Positions 61,228 to 64,000 of a DNA stretch of 64,000 nt are shown here, in pieces. A program made the translations under genes and the position numbers. Position 1 is the stretch's first letter; each line of letters opens with the position of its first letter. The notes under the pieces were generated by a model. The model saw only the letters and a list, made by a program, of their open reading frames with translations, had not been told where the DNA came from and searched no databases. The stretch covers positions 52,452,001 through 52,516,000 of the forward strand of contig OX597828.1 in the NCBI GenBank assembly GCA_951406725.2. The letters run 5' to 3'. Source of the DNA: Octopus vulgaris (Eukaryota).

Positions 61228-61830
61228 TAAGTCACAAAATATCCGCAATTCCGCCATGACAAGACTTTATAATTGTCACGCTGCCTTCTGCGCATGCATG
61301 CTTATAGTTGGTACTGTTATGGTCACGTGACCACAGTTTGAGTTTGATCGCTCCATCTTTCTTTCTGACTTTACAGTATAAGCATAGTGAACCGGTTCAC
61401 CATTACCGTTTCTCGAGTTTGCTGAATCTTCTCGTCAGTGGTGGAGGTTGACGAGTGTCCTGCTCCCGCTTCGCGTGTCACGCTCGTCCAACCACATTTA
61501 AATATCTCGATCCACGCATACATACTTCTACGTGGTTGTGCACTGTCCCTGTGTATTGTGCAAAAAGCCTCCAATGAATTTCGACACCTGATACACCTTC
61601 CGACCAGAGAAATCGGATCCCTGCTCTTTATTCTGTTATGGTGCATATTGCTAGTGGAGCGACCATGCCTACACAGTAAAGCCAGAAGGAAAAATTGCGC
61701 GATCAGGCTCAAACTTCGATAACGTGACCACAATAGTTCCAACTATAAGCACGCATGCGCAGAAGACAGCGTGACAACAATAAAGATATGTTAAGGCGAA
61801 AGTGCAGATAATTTTTGAATTCCCCTCGTA
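61228..61830 (-). mobile_element. Mariner-derived non-autonomous element with about 160-bp inverted repeats
   Basis: Right end reads TACGAGGGGAATTCAAAAA (minus). Internal HTH remnant IRFLWSEGVS...RRSMYAWIEIFKCGWTSV...GHSSTSTTDEKI. 61230-61388 is a diverged reverse complement of 61662-61818. Confidence 0.85.
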
Positions 61831-61859
61831 CATACATAGACACAACACACACACACACA

Positions 61860-61897
<38 letters not shown>

Positions 61898-61925
61898 TAC
61901 ATATATATATAGATATATACATATA

Positions 61926-62160
61926 TATTTCTTTACTACCCACAAGGGGCTAAACACAGAGGAGACAAACAAGGACAGACAAACGGATTAAGTCGATTAC
62001 ATCGACCCCAGTGCGTAACTGGTACTTAATTTATCGACCCCGGAAGGATGAAAGACAAAGTCGACCTCGGCGGAATTTGAACTCGGAACGTAACGGCAGA
62101 CGAAATACGGCAACGCATTTCGCCCGGCGTGCTAACGTTTCTGCCAGCTCGCCGCCTTCA
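61926..62160 (-). mobile_element. Young full-length family-C SINE with 17-bp TSD
   Basis: GGCGGCGAGCTGGCAGAAACGTTAGC head to TGTGGGTAGTAAAGAAAT tail; TSD ATAGATATATACATATA at 61909-61925 and 62161-62177. Confidence 0.92.
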
Positions 62161-62180
62161 ATAGATATATACATATAGAT

Positions 62181-62490
62181 GTGGAGGCACATGGCCTAGT
62201 GGTTACTGCAGCGGACTCGCAGTCGAGGGATTGCGGGTTCGAATCTCAGATCGGGTGATGTGTGTGTTTATGAGCGAAGTACCTAAGCTCCACGCGGCTC
62301 CGGCAGAAGGTAATGGCGAAACTTCTGCTGACTCTTTCGCCACGACTTTCTCTCACTCTTTCCTCTTGCAGCTTGCAGCTCACCTGCGACGGACCGGCGT
62401 CCCGTCCAGGTGGGGAACCTATACGCCAAAGTAATCGAGAAACCGGCCCTATGTGCCAGGCGTGGCTTGAGAAGGAACCGACAACAATAC
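62181..62490 (+). mobile_element. tRNA-derived SINE: family-B head and body with a V-like tail
   Basis: A box TGGCCTAGTGG, B box GGTTCGAATC; CTGCGACGGACCGGCGTCCCGTCCAG. Confidence 0.88.
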
Positions 62491-62544
62491 ATAAAGATAA
62501 ATACATACGTATGGATATATAATTTTTTACATACTTAATATACA

Positions 62545-63240
62545 TACAGTTTTCAAAAAGTATTCATTTTTTGGCCGGCAAAACTAATGCTGCATAGAAA
62601 GTGACACCACCCTTGCTGCCTACAGAGGAAATTTTGGGATGGTAGGCCGCATTAGTCCCCACCTGTGACACCTGGAGTACAGAGTTATAGTTCAGGCTCG
62701 TCGAATTTTGGCTTTCACAGCAAGATGAACAAACGCGTTGAGCAGAAGCTTTAAACCCATGTCTAATCCCCAGTAATGATGATGTTTATGAAGTCTGGTT
62801 CATGGTTTACCCAGTCCAGCATGTTCCGAGGGATTTCCATGCGAAATTATTTCTGCTACTCCGCCAGCACCTTTGGGCAAATTTCACTAACGCATTCTGC
62901 TCTCACACATCCTCCATTAAAATGAAATGTATTGATCCGGTGCCTATCTCTATTTGTTAGCAATTTCCTGGACTGTTACACAACGTTCTTCCATGACTAT
63001 TTGCGGAACCTTCTGAATTGGCCTCCGTTTTGTGTTGCGGATGGTCTGCCTGAACTTAGATGCCGCCATATATGAATCGGTTATACCGCTCTGTGATATG
63101 AGTTTTCCCAATGGCGTCATCGCCACAAGCCAACTGGAACTTTTGGATGGTTTGAGCTTGTGTATTATAAAACAAGTTTGGCAAAGCTTAATGCAATATA
63201 TCTGCGTGATGCGTTCTGTGAAAAATGAAATCTGACGAAA
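62545..63240 (-). mobile_element. Second mariner relic: N-terminal transposase on the minus strand plus an inverted 5'-end copy
   Basis: Minus strand ERITQIYCIKLCQ...ERYNRF...SGRPS...PKVLAE*QK*FRMEIPRNMLDWVNHEPDFINIIITGD*TWV; plus strand ATGAACAAACGCGTTGAGCAG (MNKRVEQ) at 62725. Confidence 0.75.
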
Positions 63241-63246
63241 ACCTCG

Positions 63247-63690
63247 TGTGTGATTTTATGGTTAGAAGTTTGCTTCCCAAGTTCTTGGACCTGGATTCAC
63301 AGCATCACACCTTGGGCAAGTGTCTTCCACTATAGCCTCGGGCCGACCAAAGCCTTGTGAATAGATTTGGTAGACGGAAACTGAACGTAGCCTGTCGTTT
63401 ATATACACACATGTATGTGTGCGTGTGTGTGTGTGTGGTTGCGTGAGTGTGTGGTTGTGTGAGTGTGTGGTTGTGTGTGTGTGTGTTTAGCCTCCATCGA
63501 TTGGTCGGTACTGGTGTTTTTATGTCCTCGTAACTTGGTGGTTCGGCAAAAAACCGACAGAATAATTACCAGGTTTGAAAGATTAAAAAAAAACCTGTAC
63601 TGAAGTCAATTCATTCGACTAAAAATTCCTCACCACTTGCCCTAGCATGGCCGCTGTCTAATGATTGAAACATGGAAAAGATTAAAGTTA
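63247..63690 (+). mobile_element. Degenerate full-length SINE family A
   Basis: CACCTTGGGCAAGTGTCTT...GGATTTGG-like segment, internal TG repeat, GTTCGGCAAAA...GCATGGCCGC. Confidence 0.85.
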
Positions 63691-64000
63691 AAAGATAAAT
63701 ATAAATACACACAAAAATACAAGACTTCAAGTAAAACCATATATAAAATGCATTTATACGTATAAACACGTCTACGAGTATGTGTCAATGTGTCCATAAT
63801 TTGATTAAACACATCAACCCACTCACAGACAACCACGCAAAGATGGAACACAATGATTCACAAGCATTATTGTGTCAGAGTTCTCCTTTAAACATGGGGA
63901 GTGAATACATAAATATTTTCATAGGCTGCAGCCTGTACTTCAAAGAATGGAGCCTAAGGGGAAATGGCGTTACATTGTAAGGGGAGACCACCTATCCCGC

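Noticed and set aside
62185-62255. tRNA genes at SINE heads (also 4850-4920, 22466-22540, 38611-38685)
   Set aside because: A/B boxes are present, but there is no complete cloverleaf or poly-T terminator and each continues into a SINE body.

Overview
Eukaryotic, AT-rich, microsatellite-saturated non-coding DNA. The SINE families and repeat landscape suggest an octopus (coleoid cephalopod) intron or intergenic region (inference). I could not support any host protein-coding exon; almost all ORFs in the track are microsatellite translations. Recognisable content is mobile-element debris: Penelope-like elements (PLEs; one young Neptune-type GIY-YIG ORF at 2883-3638 and several decayed fragments of a second type), R4/Dong LINE ends sitting inside (TAA)n arrays, CR1/L2- and RTE-type LINE ends, several Tc1/mariner relics (two with an inverted duplicated 5' end), a non-autonomous Helitron and many tRNA-derived SINEs. 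The most interesting signal is a dense set of minimal type-I hammerhead-ribozyme (HHR) motifs from several unrelated families, mostly in short elements next to (TA)n arrays. These include a canonical copy (48455-48492), a two-copy U3-A8 compensatory core variant (4426-4463, 51444-51481), a long-stem-II family with a palindromic stem III (50933-51035, 60635-60723), a copy with ~190 nt inside stem II (14046-14272) and a four-copy family lacking A6. All RNA structures were read by eye and none has been tested.
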